In this document: one piece after another, positions 18,665-28,712 of the stretch
How the letters are laid out: each line of letters opens with the position of its first letter
Position numbering within the stretch: the first letter of the stretch is position 1
Source: an uncultured Candidatus Saccharibacteria bacterium
GTDB taxonomy: Bacteria; Patescibacteriota; Dojkabacteria; J137
Assembly: GCA_964607415.1 (NCBI GenBank)
Contig: CAZSKK010000002.1
Coordinates: forward strand, 352,585-416,584
Direction: 5' to 3'
Length of the DNA stretch: 64,000 nt
Position numbers and translations under genes: made by a program
The notes under the pieces: model-generated
Databases searched by the model: none
Told to the model about the DNA's origin: nothing
The model's input: only the letters and a program-made list of their open reading frames with translations

Positions 18665-19933
18665 ATGGAGGACGCAGAAGTAATAATAAAAGTTGAAAAT
18701 CTTCATAAAAAATTCTGTAAGAGCTTGAAAAGAAGCATGGCTTATGGAACATTAGACCTTGCTAAAAGCTTTTTAGGTTTAAATTTAAATCAAGAGAGGC
18801 TAAGAAAGAGCGAATTCTGGTCCTTAAACGATATTAGTTTCGAGCTTAAAAAAGGCGAAACTCTTGGAATAATAGGTTCAAATGGTTCAGGTAAATCTAC
18901 ACTATTAAGGCTTATTTCAGGCATATTTCCGCCTGATAAAGGTAAAATTACTGTTAAAGGAAAAATAGGCTCTTTGATTGCGGTAGGAGCTGGTTTCCAT
19001 CCACATCTTTCAGGAAGAGAGAACGTTTATTTAAATGGAACTATTTTAGGCATGACTAAAAAAGAGATAGATTCTAAGTTTGAAGAAATAGTTAAATTTG
19101 CGGATATTGGAGATTTTTTGGATGCACCATTATCAACTTATTCTTCAGGAATGAGGGTTAGGCTTGGATTTGCTATAGCAGTTTTTTGCCAACCAGATAT
19201 TCTTTTAATTGATGAAATTTTAAGTGTAGGGGATTTATCGTTTAGAAATAAAAGCTTAAGAAAGCTAAATGAAGTTAGGCAGAACTCTAAAGGTATCATT
19301 TTTGTGAGCCATAATCTTGAACAAGTTAGATCATTATGCACAAGGGTAATAATTTTGGAAAAAGGCAAGATTTTGTATGATGGAGAAACACAACAGGGAT
19401 GCATAATGTATGAAGAAATGTCGCGAGAAAAAAGAGTACAAGTTTTACAGGACGAGCCAGTAACAATTTCAGACAGTAAGTATTTGGGAAGACAAAGTTC
19501 TGATGAGATAAGTTTTTCAAACATTGGTATTTTCAATCAAAATGGCATCGAGGTTGATGAAATTAAATTAGATGACAAGCTTACTATTGGCGCAGAGTTT
19601 GAAATAAATAAGCAAATAGAAGGAATGTTTTTTTCTGTAGGTATTTTGAATGAAGAATACAAACCGTGTATTTGGGTCATGAGCAATGATATAGATAAGA
19701 AAATATACGAAGAGATTAAACCAGGTAAATATAGTTTAAAGGTAGAGATTGACGAACCTCACTTAGCTCCTGGAGTTTATATACCAAACATTGCCATTAG
19801 AAACAGTTTGACAGCTGAGACTTATGAGAGAATTTTACCAAATAAGTCATTTAGAGTTCTTTCAGATGGTAAAACATTTGAAAGAGGCTTCATTTACGTA
19901 AGAGAAAAATGGAATCTGGAAAAAATAAACTAA
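18665..19933 (+). CDS. wzt: ABC polysaccharide export ATPase with C-terminal carbohydrate-binding domain
   Basis: GSNGSGKST, YSSGM, LIDE; Wzt_C-like tail (HLAPGVY). Confidence 0.92.
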   Translation: MEDAEVIIKVENLHKKFCKSLKRSMAYGTLDLAKSFLGLNLNQERLRKSEFWSLNDISFELKKGETLGIIGSNGSGKSTLLRLISGIFPPDKGKITVKGKIGSLIAVGAGFHPHLSGRENVYLNGTILGMTKKEIDSKFEEIVKFADIGDFLDAPLSTYSSGMRVRLGFAIAVFCQPDILLIDEILSVGDLSFRNKSLRKLNEVRQNSKGIIFVSHNLEQVRSLCTRVIILEKGKILYDGETQQGCIMYEEMSREKRVQVLQDEPVTISDSKYLGRQSSDEISFSNIGIFNQNGIEVDEIKLDDKLTIGAEFEINKQIEGMFFSVGILNEEYKPCIWVMSNDIDKKIYEEIKPGKYSLKVEIDEPHLAPGVYIPNIAIRNSLTAETYERILPNKSFRVLSDGKTFERGFIYVREKWNLEKIN

Positions 19934-20730
19934 AAACGAAAATAAATCAAAAAGTATATGAGTACTATTTAGCATATTACAGAGATGCTCAAGGCCATAA
20001 GGACTACGAACAAAGAATACAAGGTAGAATAAATGAAGACATAACTTTTAAAGATTCTATTGAAAGATATAAGGACATGATCCCATTTTTTTATGAAGAA
20101 AAAGTTGATCAGAAAATACTTATAGATGGAGCAGGCACAGGTCAAGAATTAGTAAATTTTCATCAAATGGGGTACGAGACACATGCTATAGAGCCGTTCG
20201 AACCTGCAATAGAAATACTAAATTTGAAAGCGGAGTATTATAATATTCCAAAAGAAAGGATAAAAAAAGCATTTGCAGAAAGTCTGCCTTATAAAAATAA
20301 TTTTTTCGATATGGTTTGGTGCTGGACAGTACTTGAGCATGTGAAAGATTATGATAAATCAATAAGAGAAATCCTAAGAGTTTTAAAACCAGGAGGATGG
20401 GCTTTCATGGTTATGCCAGACTATAGACAAATATTTGAACCTCATTATAGAGTCTATTTCCCTATGTTTTTGCCAAGGTTTATTTTTAAAATTTATTTAA
20501 AAATAATAGGTAGGCCGTCAAGATTTTTTCAAGAAGATGTAAACAGTATAAATAGTTTAAAAGTACTCAATATTTTGCAATCAGAAAATGTCATTTCAAT
20601 GCAGTTACATAACAATTGGTCTGATGAGTGGCTGAATCATAGGACTAAAGGTATGTCTGCAATTTATTATTTTTATAAATTGACAGGAATTCCAAGAGAC
20701 CAAATTTGGTTAATTAAAAAAAAACATTAA
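19909..20730 (+). CDS. Class I SAM methyltransferase
   Basis: DGAGTG, AESLPY..FD, VLEHV, RVLKPGG. Confidence 0.9.
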   Translation: MESGKNKLKTKINQKVYEYYLAYYRDAQGHKDYEQRIQGRINEDITFKDSIERYKDMIPFFYEEKVDQKILIDGAGTGQELVNFHQMGYETHAIEPFEPAIEILNLKAEYYNIPKERIKKAFAESLPYKNNFFDMVWCWTVLEHVKDYDKSIREILRVLKPGGWAFMVMPDYRQIFEPHYRVYFPMFLPRFIFKIYLKIIGRPSRFFQEDVNSINSLKVLNILQSENVISMQLHNNWSDEWLNHRTKGMSAIYYFYKLTGIPRDQIWLIKKKH

Positions 20731-20750
20731 TATATTAATAATTAAATTTT

Positions 20751-21392
20751 ATGGGAGAAAAGAAAAAAAAATTTGAATACGGTTTTTACCACGATAGTTT
20801 GACAGAGTGCTATAAAAAATTTGGCGGAATTTTCGAACAGCCGATAATTCAGGATCACAATGAGGAGGCGATTTCATACTATTCGAGGGGGAACATCTTA
20901 GATATTGGAGCTGGTAAAGAGCAGCCATTTGTGTCTTTTGCAAAAGCAAAATTAAAAGATGGAAAATACTATACTCTTGATAATGATCCACACGGGAAAT
21001 TTGACTTCCAATCGTTTGACGAAATACCCAAGAATCTTAAATTTAATCTGATAGTAGCTAATCAGCTTTTTGAGCATCTAGACGTAGAAGAGGCAATGGA
21101 ATTTATTGTTAATATTGAGAATGTTCTAGAAAAAGGTGGTATTATTTGCGCTACTGTTCCAAACATTGCACACCCAAATAGACAAATTTCTAACATAACT
21201 CACAAAACTGCATGGGGATATAATAGCTTTTATATGCTTTTTAGATATACACACCTTGAAGTTTTAAAGTATGCACGTTATTCTAAACGCTATCCAAAAG
21301 GATTAATTGAAAAATTTCTTGCAAAACAGATGCAAAACATCTATAGAATTGATTGGGCAGATAGTCTAATGGTAATTGCAAAGAAAAACTAA
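20751..21392 (+). CDS. Class I SAM methyltransferase
   Basis: ILDIGAG, LFEHL, TVPN. Confidence 0.85.
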   Translation: MGEKKKKFEYGFYHDSLTECYKKFGGIFEQPIIQDHNEEAISYYSRGNILDIGAGKEQPFVSFAKAKLKDGKYYTLDNDPHGKFDFQSFDEIPKNLKFNLIVANQLFEHLDVEEAMEFIVNIENVLEKGGIICATVPNIAHPNRQISNITHKTAWGYNSFYMLFRYTHLEVLKYARYSKRYPKGLIEKFLAKQMQNIYRIDWADSLMVIAKKN

Positions 21393-21396
21393 TTAT

Positions 21397-22233
21397 ATGG
21401 AACTTTTTAAGGAAGAGAATTTTACAATTTTTAACCAAAATATTGAATGTTTAGTTAGAATTAATAAAAATTCTAATCCTATTGTGCCTAGATTAGTAAT
21501 CCCTTCCAAGCTTCTAAATGGAAAATCAGTTGAGCTTTTAAGATTGTGCATCCAAACTATTCGTAAATATACAAAACAATACGAACTCTGGATTGTGGAT
21601 AATAATTCACCAGAAGAATATGTAAGTGAATTTTTAGACTTACAAGATATTAACTTTGTTTTAATTAAAACAAATATTTTAGGCGGTGGAAGTTACGAAA
21701 ATGCTGTTGCTCTGGAAATAGCTGCAGAATTGATAGCTAAAGATACAAAGCATCTGATGACATTGCATCAAGATATTGTAGTTTGTAAAGACGGTTGGTT
21801 AGAGGACATGACTTCAAGAATAAAAGGAAATGTAAAAGCAGTAGGAGTAAGGGAGGATAAAGTTAGGGTAAAAGAAGGAATACTGCATGTTTTAGGCTAC
21901 GTTATTGATTTCCAGCTTTTTAAGGAATTACAGCTCTCATTTAAACCTGAGCTACCGAATTTTGATGTTGGGGACAGAGTTATATATGACTTTAAGGAAA
22001 AAGGCTTTGAGTATTTTGCTTACGCTAATACTATCTGGAATGCTGAGCTAGTTAATAAAATGCCTGCTTCCTCTCCTTTCAAAAAAATTAATGTGGACAG
22101 GGCTATAGATGACGAAGATGATGTATTTTTTATGCACTTGGGAAGGGGTGTCTTGAAATCACAAGGACAAATCGCTAATGAGGATAAAGGTATTGATTTA
22201 TGGATTAAATTCGTGAATAAGTACATACTTTAG
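21397..22233 (+). CDS. GT2-like glycosyltransferase
   Basis: WIVDNNS and LHQD (DxD-like); ATG 21397 preferred as start. Confidence 0.7.
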   Translation: MELFKEENFTIFNQNIECLVRINKNSNPIVPRLVIPSKLLNGKSVELLRLCIQTIRKYTKQYELWIVDNNSPEEYVSEFLDLQDINFVLIKTNILGGGSYENAVALEIAAELIAKDTKHLMTLHQDIVVCKDGWLEDMTSRIKGNVKAVGVREDKVRVKEGILHVLGYVIDFQLFKELQLSFKPELPNFDVGDRVIYDFKEKGFEYFAYANTIWNAELVNKMPASSPFKKINVDRAIDDEDDVFFMHLGRGVLKSQGQIANEDKGIDLWIKFVNKYIL

Positions 22234-22333
22234 CTTAGGCATTGCTAGTTTGATTGTATGATTCATGTTTAGAAAGTTCGCCACTTAAGTAAATTTATAC
22301 CTATAATATATAAGCTATTATTTGGATACAGAT

Positions 22334-23047
22334 ATGTATAAGTTAAATAACCCACTGGAGGCTAATCTAAGATTAAAAAAGGATATTTGGTACTCCTTAA
22401 GACGTTACTACGTAGATCTATTTATGATTGAGCAAATATCAAGAGTAAAGACTGGTTCTAAGGTATTGGATATTGGAGGAATGAAAAGTAATAAAAGAGG
22501 TAGTTTTGATATTGGTGAATACGATGTTAAAACTGAATACTTGAATATTTCCGAAAAGGCAAAGCCAGATTATCTAGCAGACGCAAAAAATATTCCAGTA
22601 GAGAATAACACCTTTGATGCCGCAATTCTTACTGAAGTATTGGAGCATGTTGATGATCCAAAAGAGGTATTAAGGGAAGCATTTAGAATTCTAAAACCAG
22701 AAGGTAAACTAATAATAACTGTACCTTTTTTATTTCCGATTCATGCTGATCCATATGACTATGCTAGATACACTGATTATTGGTTTGATAAAAATCTTGG
22801 TGAAATTGGATTTAAAAATATTGTAATTACAAAGCAAGGATATTTTTATTCAGTAATCGCAAACTTTATAAAACAGTGGGTATATTCGAGAACACCATCT
22901 ACAAAAAATAGATTTAAGAAGTATGTTCAGTTAAAATTTGCGTTTTGGTTACAGAACAAGGCTTTAAAAATGGATACAAAGATAAAAAGTGATGATAAGC
23001 TAATTACATCTTACACTACGGGTTTAGGTATTATTTGTAATAAATAA
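22334..23047 (+). CDS. Class I SAM methyltransferase
   Basis: VLDIGG, EVLEHV, ILKPEG, HADPYDYARYT. Confidence 0.9.
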   Translation: MYKLNNPLEANLRLKKDIWYSLRRYYVDLFMIEQISRVKTGSKVLDIGGMKSNKRGSFDIGEYDVKTEYLNISEKAKPDYLADAKNIPVENNTFDAAILTEVLEHVDDPKEVLREAFRILKPEGKLIITVPFLFPIHADPYDYARYTDYWFDKNLGEIGFKNIVITKQGYFYSVIANFIKQWVYSRTPSTKNRFKKYVQLKFAFWLQNKALKMDTKIKSDDKLITSYTTGLGIICNK

Positions 23048-23050
23048 ATT

Positions 23051-23782
23051 ATGGGAAATTTAAATATAAGTAAGATTTTAAAAAAAGATTTAACACTCGA
23101 GCAAAAACAAAGAGAGATAGATCAATTGCTGGATGAAAGATTCCAAAAAGTAAACACAATGTTCAATATGATTGATTTCAAAAAATTGTATGGACAAAAA
23201 AAAGAAGTGAAAATTGTGGATCTTGGCTGCATGGATGGTAGCTTGCTTTTAAGCATCGCCAATCACTATCCTGGGACTGAATTATACGGCCTAGAGCATG
23301 ATTATGATGAATATAAAGATTCGTATAGCTATTTGAAAAAAAATTCTAATATAAAAATTATAGAAGGTAGCTGGTACGATAAAAACATTTTCAAAAATAC
23401 ACTTTTTGATATAGTCCTATTAGTTGATGCATGGCCTTATCCCGAAAATTATGCAAAAAGATTTGAAGAATACAAATCATGGAATCAGAAAAATTATAAC
23501 GAGAATAAAAAAATCTCAAAATCTAATCTTCCTTGGCAGTATAAAGTATTCAATAAAGATTACTCTATAAAAGAACTGGAACTTTTTGCAAACTTCGTGA
23601 AATCTGGTGGGTTTTTAATTATCCATTCTTGGAGAGAAGTAAGCATAGTTAGGGAGAGAAACTTAAAAGACTTTTTTAAGTACAAAGTTATGCAAAAGCC
23701 AAACTTAGGAATTGAAGTAAAAGATTTCAAAAAACTACAAGTGTTTTCTCATAAAAAAAATATTTTGATTCTTAAAAAATGA
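23051..23782 (+). CDS. Class I SAM methyltransferase
   Basis: IVDLGCMDG, VKSGG. Confidence 0.75.
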   Translation: MGNLNISKILKKDLTLEQKQREIDQLLDERFQKVNTMFNMIDFKKLYGQKKEVKIVDLGCMDGSLLLSIANHYPGTELYGLEHDYDEYKDSYSYLKKNSNIKIIEGSWYDKNIFKNTLFDIVLLVDAWPYPENYAKRFEEYKSWNQKNYNENKKISKSNLPWQYKVFNKDYSIKELELFANFVKSGGFLIIHSWREVSIVRERNLKDFFKYKVMQKPNLGIEVKDFKKLQVFSHKKNILILKK

Positions 23783-24798
23783 TTTTTAAAAAGACAAATA
23801 CAATTAAATATATAGTTGACGACGCGGATTGGGTAATAAAAAGTGAAGGGGAGTATATTACTAAGTATTTGAAACAAATCTATAATTTAAATATAGAAAT
23901 AGCCAAGAAGATTGACTTTAAAAAATCAATACTTCACTTTGGAACCAGCTGGCCCTATATAAGTGGGGCTTACAAAGAAATCGACAAGTCAAATAAGGTG
24001 ATTTTAACATGGTATCACGTTGCACCTGAACAACTTGAAATTAAAGATAAGATTCCAGAAATTATAAAAAATGTTGATTTTGTTCATACAGCAAGCAGTA
24101 CAGAGTTTAAGCAATTGGCCAAACTAGGGATACCTAAAGAAAAAATAAAAGTAGTTCCTATTGGGATTGAATTGAAATACTTTAAAGTGCTTACAAATGA
24201 CGAAAAAGAACAAAAAAAGACAAAACTAGGTATTCCTAATTCCGCTATTATTATTGGCTCGTTTCAGAAAGATGGGAATGGTTGGAGGGAAGGCAACGAA
24301 CCAAAGCTAATAAAGGGACCTGACATTTTCTGTGATACTGTTGAGATTTTAGCAAAAAATTATAATATTTTTGTAATTTTATCTGGCCCTGCTAGGGGTT
24401 ATGTAAAAAATAGGCTTACTGAGGCTAATATACCGTTTAAGCATTTTCTTTTTGAAAGGCCAGAAGATGCATGGCAATTATTTAATATTTTAGATTTATA
24501 CATTATTTCATCAAGAGAAGAGGGCGGACCTAAAGCTATAACCGAGTCTATGGCTAGTGGGGTAGCATTAGTCAGTACTCCTGTTGGAATGGCACCTGAT
24601 GTTATTGTTAGTAATGTGAATGGGATAATGATCGATACTTTTGATGCTAAAGATCTTGCAAGAGCAGCAAAAAGTATCATCGACAACAAAAAAATTAGAG
24701 AAACAATTATTGCAAATGGTATAAAAACCGCTGAAGATTACTCTTGGGATAAGATAGCTAAACAATATTTTGAAAAAATTTATTCAAAACTAGTATGA
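23779..24798 (+). CDS. GT4 glycosyltransferase
   Basis: KGPD, SREEGGPKAITESMASG. Confidence 0.9.
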   Translation: MIFKKTNTIKYIVDDADWVIKSEGEYITKYLKQIYNLNIEIAKKIDFKKSILHFGTSWPYISGAYKEIDKSNKVILTWYHVAPEQLEIKDKIPEIIKNVDFVHTASSTEFKQLAKLGIPKEKIKVVPIGIELKYFKVLTNDEKEQKKTKLGIPNSAIIIGSFQKDGNGWREGNEPKLIKGPDIFCDTVEILAKNYNIFVILSGPARGYVKNRLTEANIPFKHFLFERPEDAWQLFNILDLYIISSREEGGPKAITESMASGVALVSTPVGMAPDVIVSNVNGIMIDTFDAKDLARAAKSIIDNKKIRETIIANGIKTAEDYSWDKIAKQYFEKIYSKLV

Positions 24799-25694
24799 AA
24801 ATATTTATAAATTTTGAGCCAAAAAATGGTCCTTGGGGAGGCGGAAATCAATTTATAAAAGCTTTAAAAAATCAGTTTTTAAAGGAAGGGATCTATACCG
24901 ATAAACCAGCTGAAGCCGATGTGATTCTTTTCAACAGTCACCACAACTTAGATGAGGTAGTAGATTTAAAAACGAAATATCCTAACAAACTGTTTTTGCA
25001 TAGAATCGATGGACCGATACAAATAGTAAGAGAAGTAAATGATGGAGTAGATGCTCAGATATTTGAAGCAAATAATAGAATCGCTGATATTACCATATTT
25101 CAATCTTATTGGAGTTTTAAGCAGACAATTATGCTTGGCTTTATTCCAAAGAACCCAAACATAATTTCAAATGCATCAAATCCAGATATATTTAATATTT
25201 CAGAAAGGATAAATTACGATGGTAGTTCTAAGTTTAAGATAATTTCAACTAGTTGGTCTAGCAACCCCAAAAAAGGTGGGAGTGTTTATAAGTGGCTTGA
25301 TGATAATCTTGATTTTACTCAATATGAATATACTTTTTTAGGCAATACAGATCAAAATTTTACAAATATTAAAAAATTAGATCCGTTAGATTCTAGCGGA
25401 GTGGCTAGTTTATTGAAGGAATCAGATATTTTTATTACTGCAAGTAAGGATGATCCTTGTTCTAATTCACTGATCGAAGCTTTATCTTGTGGACTACCAG
25501 CAATTTATGCAGAAAGTGGAGGACATCCTGAAATTGTAAAAGCAGCGGGTCTAGGATTCTATGATCAGAAAGAAATTATAGAAAACTTATTGAATATTAA
25601 AAAGAATTATACTATGTTTCAATCACTAATATCTGTTCCTAGTATTGATGAAATTTCAAAAGAATATGTAAATTTTGCAAAAAAGTTTTTATAA
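24795..25694 (+). CDS. GT4 glycosyltransferase
   Basis: HRIDG, DPCSNSLIEALSCGLP. Confidence 0.88.
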   Translation: MKIFINFEPKNGPWGGGNQFIKALKNQFLKEGIYTDKPAEADVILFNSHHNLDEVVDLKTKYPNKLFLHRIDGPIQIVREVNDGVDAQIFEANNRIADITIFQSYWSFKQTIMLGFIPKNPNIISNASNPDIFNISERINYDGSSKFKIISTSWSSNPKKGGSVYKWLDDNLDFTQYEYTFLGNTDQNFTNIKKLDPLDSSGVASLLKESDIFITASKDDPCSNSLIEALSCGLPAIYAESGGHPEIVKAAGLGFYDQKEIIENLLNIKKNYTMFQSLISVPSIDEISKEYVNFAKKFL

Positions 25695-25744
25695 AATGTA
25701 TGAATATTTACTTTGCTTAGTATTATCCAACTAGAATCTCTTAA

Positions 25745-26977
25745 ATGATAAAAAGTAAACTTGCAAAAGATACAATAATCAGTTTTACAGGTATAAATAT
25801 TGCGTACATAATTAGCTATGTTCTCTTCATTTTCTTGATTAAGTTGGATAAAAATTTATTTAATGATTATACCTTTATTACAAGTATATTCATGCTTGCT
25901 ATTGTCCCATGTAACGTACTTCAGCGAATTTTCACCATCGAAGGAGAAGGAATTTTGGGCTATTTCAAGAAACGGTATAAATCGTTAAGATCATTAGCTG
26001 CTATTATACTAGCCGGCATATTGGTGCTTGTAGTCTTTAACTTGCTGGTAGGGGTTAAATATGGCTTTTTTTCTTCAATTATTTTCTTTTTAATTGTACT
26101 AGTAGCAATAGTAACGGGAATATTGCGTGGGATAAATCAGAATTTAGGCAACTTTACTAATACAACTCTTTCGGTCTTAATTGAAGCGAGCATAAGAACA
26201 GGCTTAGGACTTATTTTAGGCTATACGCTTGGATTAGGAATAAATGGAATTTTAGTCAGCATTGTTATTGGATATTTTTTAGCAGGAATAGTTTCATATT
26301 TCAATATTAGAAAGAAAGTTAATAAGCAAGTAGGCCACTTTCAAATAAAAGCCTTGAAGTCAAAAATTACAAGCGGCATAATATTTGGATTGGTTTTAGA
26401 ACTATTTGCTAATTTTGATATCTTATTTTCAAACTATTATTTTAGTAAAGAGAATAATGTTCTTACTGAGCTGAACACACTTCAATTTTTTAGAAAAACT
26501 ATTTTCTTTGCAATTTTTGCCATCAATGGTGTAGTTTTATACCTTGCATCAAGCTCAAAGTATAGTAAAAAATTTTCCTTAAGTTTTTCATTCATTGTAA
26601 GTTTTATCTTAAGCATGCTTATGGCTTTTACTTTTTATTTATTCAAAGGCTCTATTCTAGAGTTTCTGGGATCTTCTACTGAAGACATTCCCAATACTTT
26701 CTTATTTTTGTTTCTACTTGGAAGCACTTTGGTTACAACAAATTTCATAATTGCAACCTGGACTTTTGCTAATGCTAACAGTAGATTTACTCTTCTCGTT
26801 TCGATGTTCAGCTTAGTTCAAATTGCATTTTTTATTACACTAACATTAGATATTGAAAGTTTTATTAATATATTTCTTTTAACCAATTTAGCCCTATTTA
26901 TTGTGGTAAGTTTTGTATCCTTTTCAATATCAGAGGTGATAAAATTAAAAACTATTAAATTATTCTTTACAAAATGA
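25745..26977 (+). CDS. Wzx/MOP-type flippase-like membrane protein
   Basis: About 12 TM helices; LRGINQ..F and NFDILF motifs. Confidence 0.7.
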   Translation: MIKSKLAKDTIISFTGINIAYIISYVLFIFLIKLDKNLFNDYTFITSIFMLAIVPCNVLQRIFTIEGEGILGYFKKRYKSLRSLAAIILAGILVLVVFNLLVGVKYGFFSSIIFFLIVLVAIVTGILRGINQNLGNFTNTTLSVLIEASIRTGLGLILGYTLGLGINGILVSIVIGYFLAGIVSYFNIRKKVNKQVGHFQIKALKSKITSGIIFGLVLELFANFDILFSNYYFSKENNVLTELNTLQFFRKTIFFAIFAINGVVLYLASSSKYSKKFSLSFSFIVSFILSMLMAFTFYLFKGSILEFLGSSTEDIPNTFLFLFLLGSTLVTTNFIIATWTFANANSRFTLLVSMFSLVQIAFFITLTLDIESFINIFLLTNLALFIVVSFVSFSISEVIKLKTIKLFFTK

Positions 26978-27897
26978 GAAAAGATATAAATGTATCTTTT
27001 GTAATTCCTCTATACCGCAGCGAAAAAACAATAGATAAAGTAATTAAAATGATTGCTGATTTAGGTCTAAACGATTGGGAGGCAATTTTAGTTAACGATT
27101 GTTCACCAGATAATGTAGAAAAAACTGTAGAAGCAGTTAAGAATGAGTATGGAGTTAAAATTAAATATTTAAGATTGAGTAAGAATCAAGGGCAACACCA
27201 AGCAATTCTTTTAGGACTTAATTATGTAGAAAAAGATTACGTTATAACAATTGATGACGATGGCCAAAATGAACCAGTGGAAGCAATAAAGCTACTAGAA
27301 AAGCTAATAGCTAATGATTTAGACATAGTTTATGGAAGTTTTAGTAAGAAAAATCACAACTTTTTCAGAAACTTTGTAAGCAATTTAAATCTCTTTATTA
27401 GTAAATATACAATTGGAAACCACAAGCAAATTCCATTGTCCAATGTCAGAGCTATGACCAAAGATCTAGCGTTAACTATCGCCTCAAATTCTAGTGTTAA
27501 GCCGTATATTGATGGTTTAGTTTTTTCCGTTACTTCTAGAATTGATTTAGCAGAGATAGGGCATAAAGAAAGACTAGAAGGAAAATCAGGGTATAACTTT
27601 AAAAAATTAATGAGACTTTGGTTTAATCATTTTATTGGCTACTCAAACTTAGCGTTACAAGTATTTTCAGGCTTTTGTTTTCTGGTTTCATTCGTAGGGT
27701 TTTTAGGTGGAGTTATATATTTTATCCTAACTATAAATAACGAGAGTAGGCCAGAAGGGTGGCTATCTTTATACATGACTTTAACAATACTATTCAGTAT
27801 ACTATTCTTCTTCTTAGGTATATTAGGTGAATATGTTCTCCGAATCTATAATGGAATTTATAAAAGCCAAAAAATATTAATTAGTAAAAAATTTTAG
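26974..27897 (+). CDS. GT2 polyprenol-phosphate glycosyltransferase (GtrB/ArnC-like)
   Basis: VNDCSPD, NQGQHQA, IDDDGQN; two C-terminal TMs ending GILGEY. Confidence 0.9.
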   Translation: MRKDINVSFVIPLYRSEKTIDKVIKMIADLGLNDWEAILVNDCSPDNVEKTVEAVKNEYGVKIKYLRLSKNQGQHQAILLGLNYVEKDYVITIDDDGQNEPVEAIKLLEKLIANDLDIVYGSFSKKNHNFFRNFVSNLNLFISKYTIGNHKQIPLSNVRAMTKDLALTIASNSSVKPYIDGLVFSVTSRIDLAEIGHKERLEGKSGYNFKKLMRLWFNHFIGYSNLALQVFSGFCFLVSFVGFLGGVIYFILTINNESRPEGWLSLYMTLTILFSILFFFLGILGEYVLRIYNGIYKSQKILISKKF

Positions 27898-27899
27898 AA

Positions 27900-28712
27900 A
27901 TGGTTCTTGCAATTAAGCCCACAGAACAAGTAGAAGCTTTACAGGAAGAAATTCTTGAGAAGTTCGCGACTATCAATGTAGACATGTCCAATAAAGAAGT
28001 TGAGACAATTCTTTCGGAATTAAAATCGCAAATACCTGTGGATTTTGAGCCAGAGCCAATTTTTTCTAGAGAAGTGTACTTGAAAAACACAGAAACAGAG
28101 CCACCACGAAAGTTGGAATTTATTAAGCTAGATCCAATTACAGCAGTAAAATACTATGAGGATATTTTTAAGCTAAGTAAAAACCTTAATAAAAATCTTT
28201 ACTCTGAAAGATCACTTGGTGATATTTTCGCATCTTATAAAACATATGGAGATACAACATATCGTCTTGAAAGTCAGTGGGAATACAGTATTGGAATTTT
28301 AGATGAGCAAGGATCTTTAATAGGCTTTGTTCAGGCGAATATAGAAGAAACAAAAAGTACACCAGATAAATTTTTTGAATCGTCTCAGCCTCAATACGTT
28401 TATGTAAGCTTGATTGCTGTAGATGAACATACTTTTGGAGGTGTAGGATTAGGTGCGAATCTGTATTATGCTTTAGCAGATTTAGTTCCGGAGGATTCAA
28501 TTATAAAAGGTGCAACAGCAGCACCATTAGAAAATAAAAGAATTCAAGATTGGTATACTACATTGGGGTTTAAATTAAATGTAGACAGGATTTATGGAAA
28601 AGATCATAAAATGATTCCATTTACTGGAATTCCTGTTGAAATAAAGAAGCGAGTTTTAGATTACTTTAAACGATATAAAAAGAAGTTAGATGAAGAAATT
28701 ACAGAACAATAA
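27900..28712 (+). CDS. GNAT-fold acetyltransferase-like protein
   Basis: YVSLIAVD..GVGLG; N..IQDWYTTLGF. Confidence 0.65.
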   Translation: MVLAIKPTEQVEALQEEILEKFATINVDMSNKEVETILSELKSQIPVDFEPEPIFSREVYLKNTETEPPRKLEFIKLDPITAVKYYEDIFKLSKNLNKNLYSERSLGDIFASYKTYGDTTYRLESQWEYSIGILDEQGSLIGFVQANIEETKSTPDKFFESSQPQYVYVSLIAVDEHTFGGVGLGANLYYALADLVPEDSIIKGATAAPLENKRIQDWYTTLGFKLNVDRIYGKDHKMIPFTGIPVEIKKRVLDYFKRYKKKLDEEITEQ

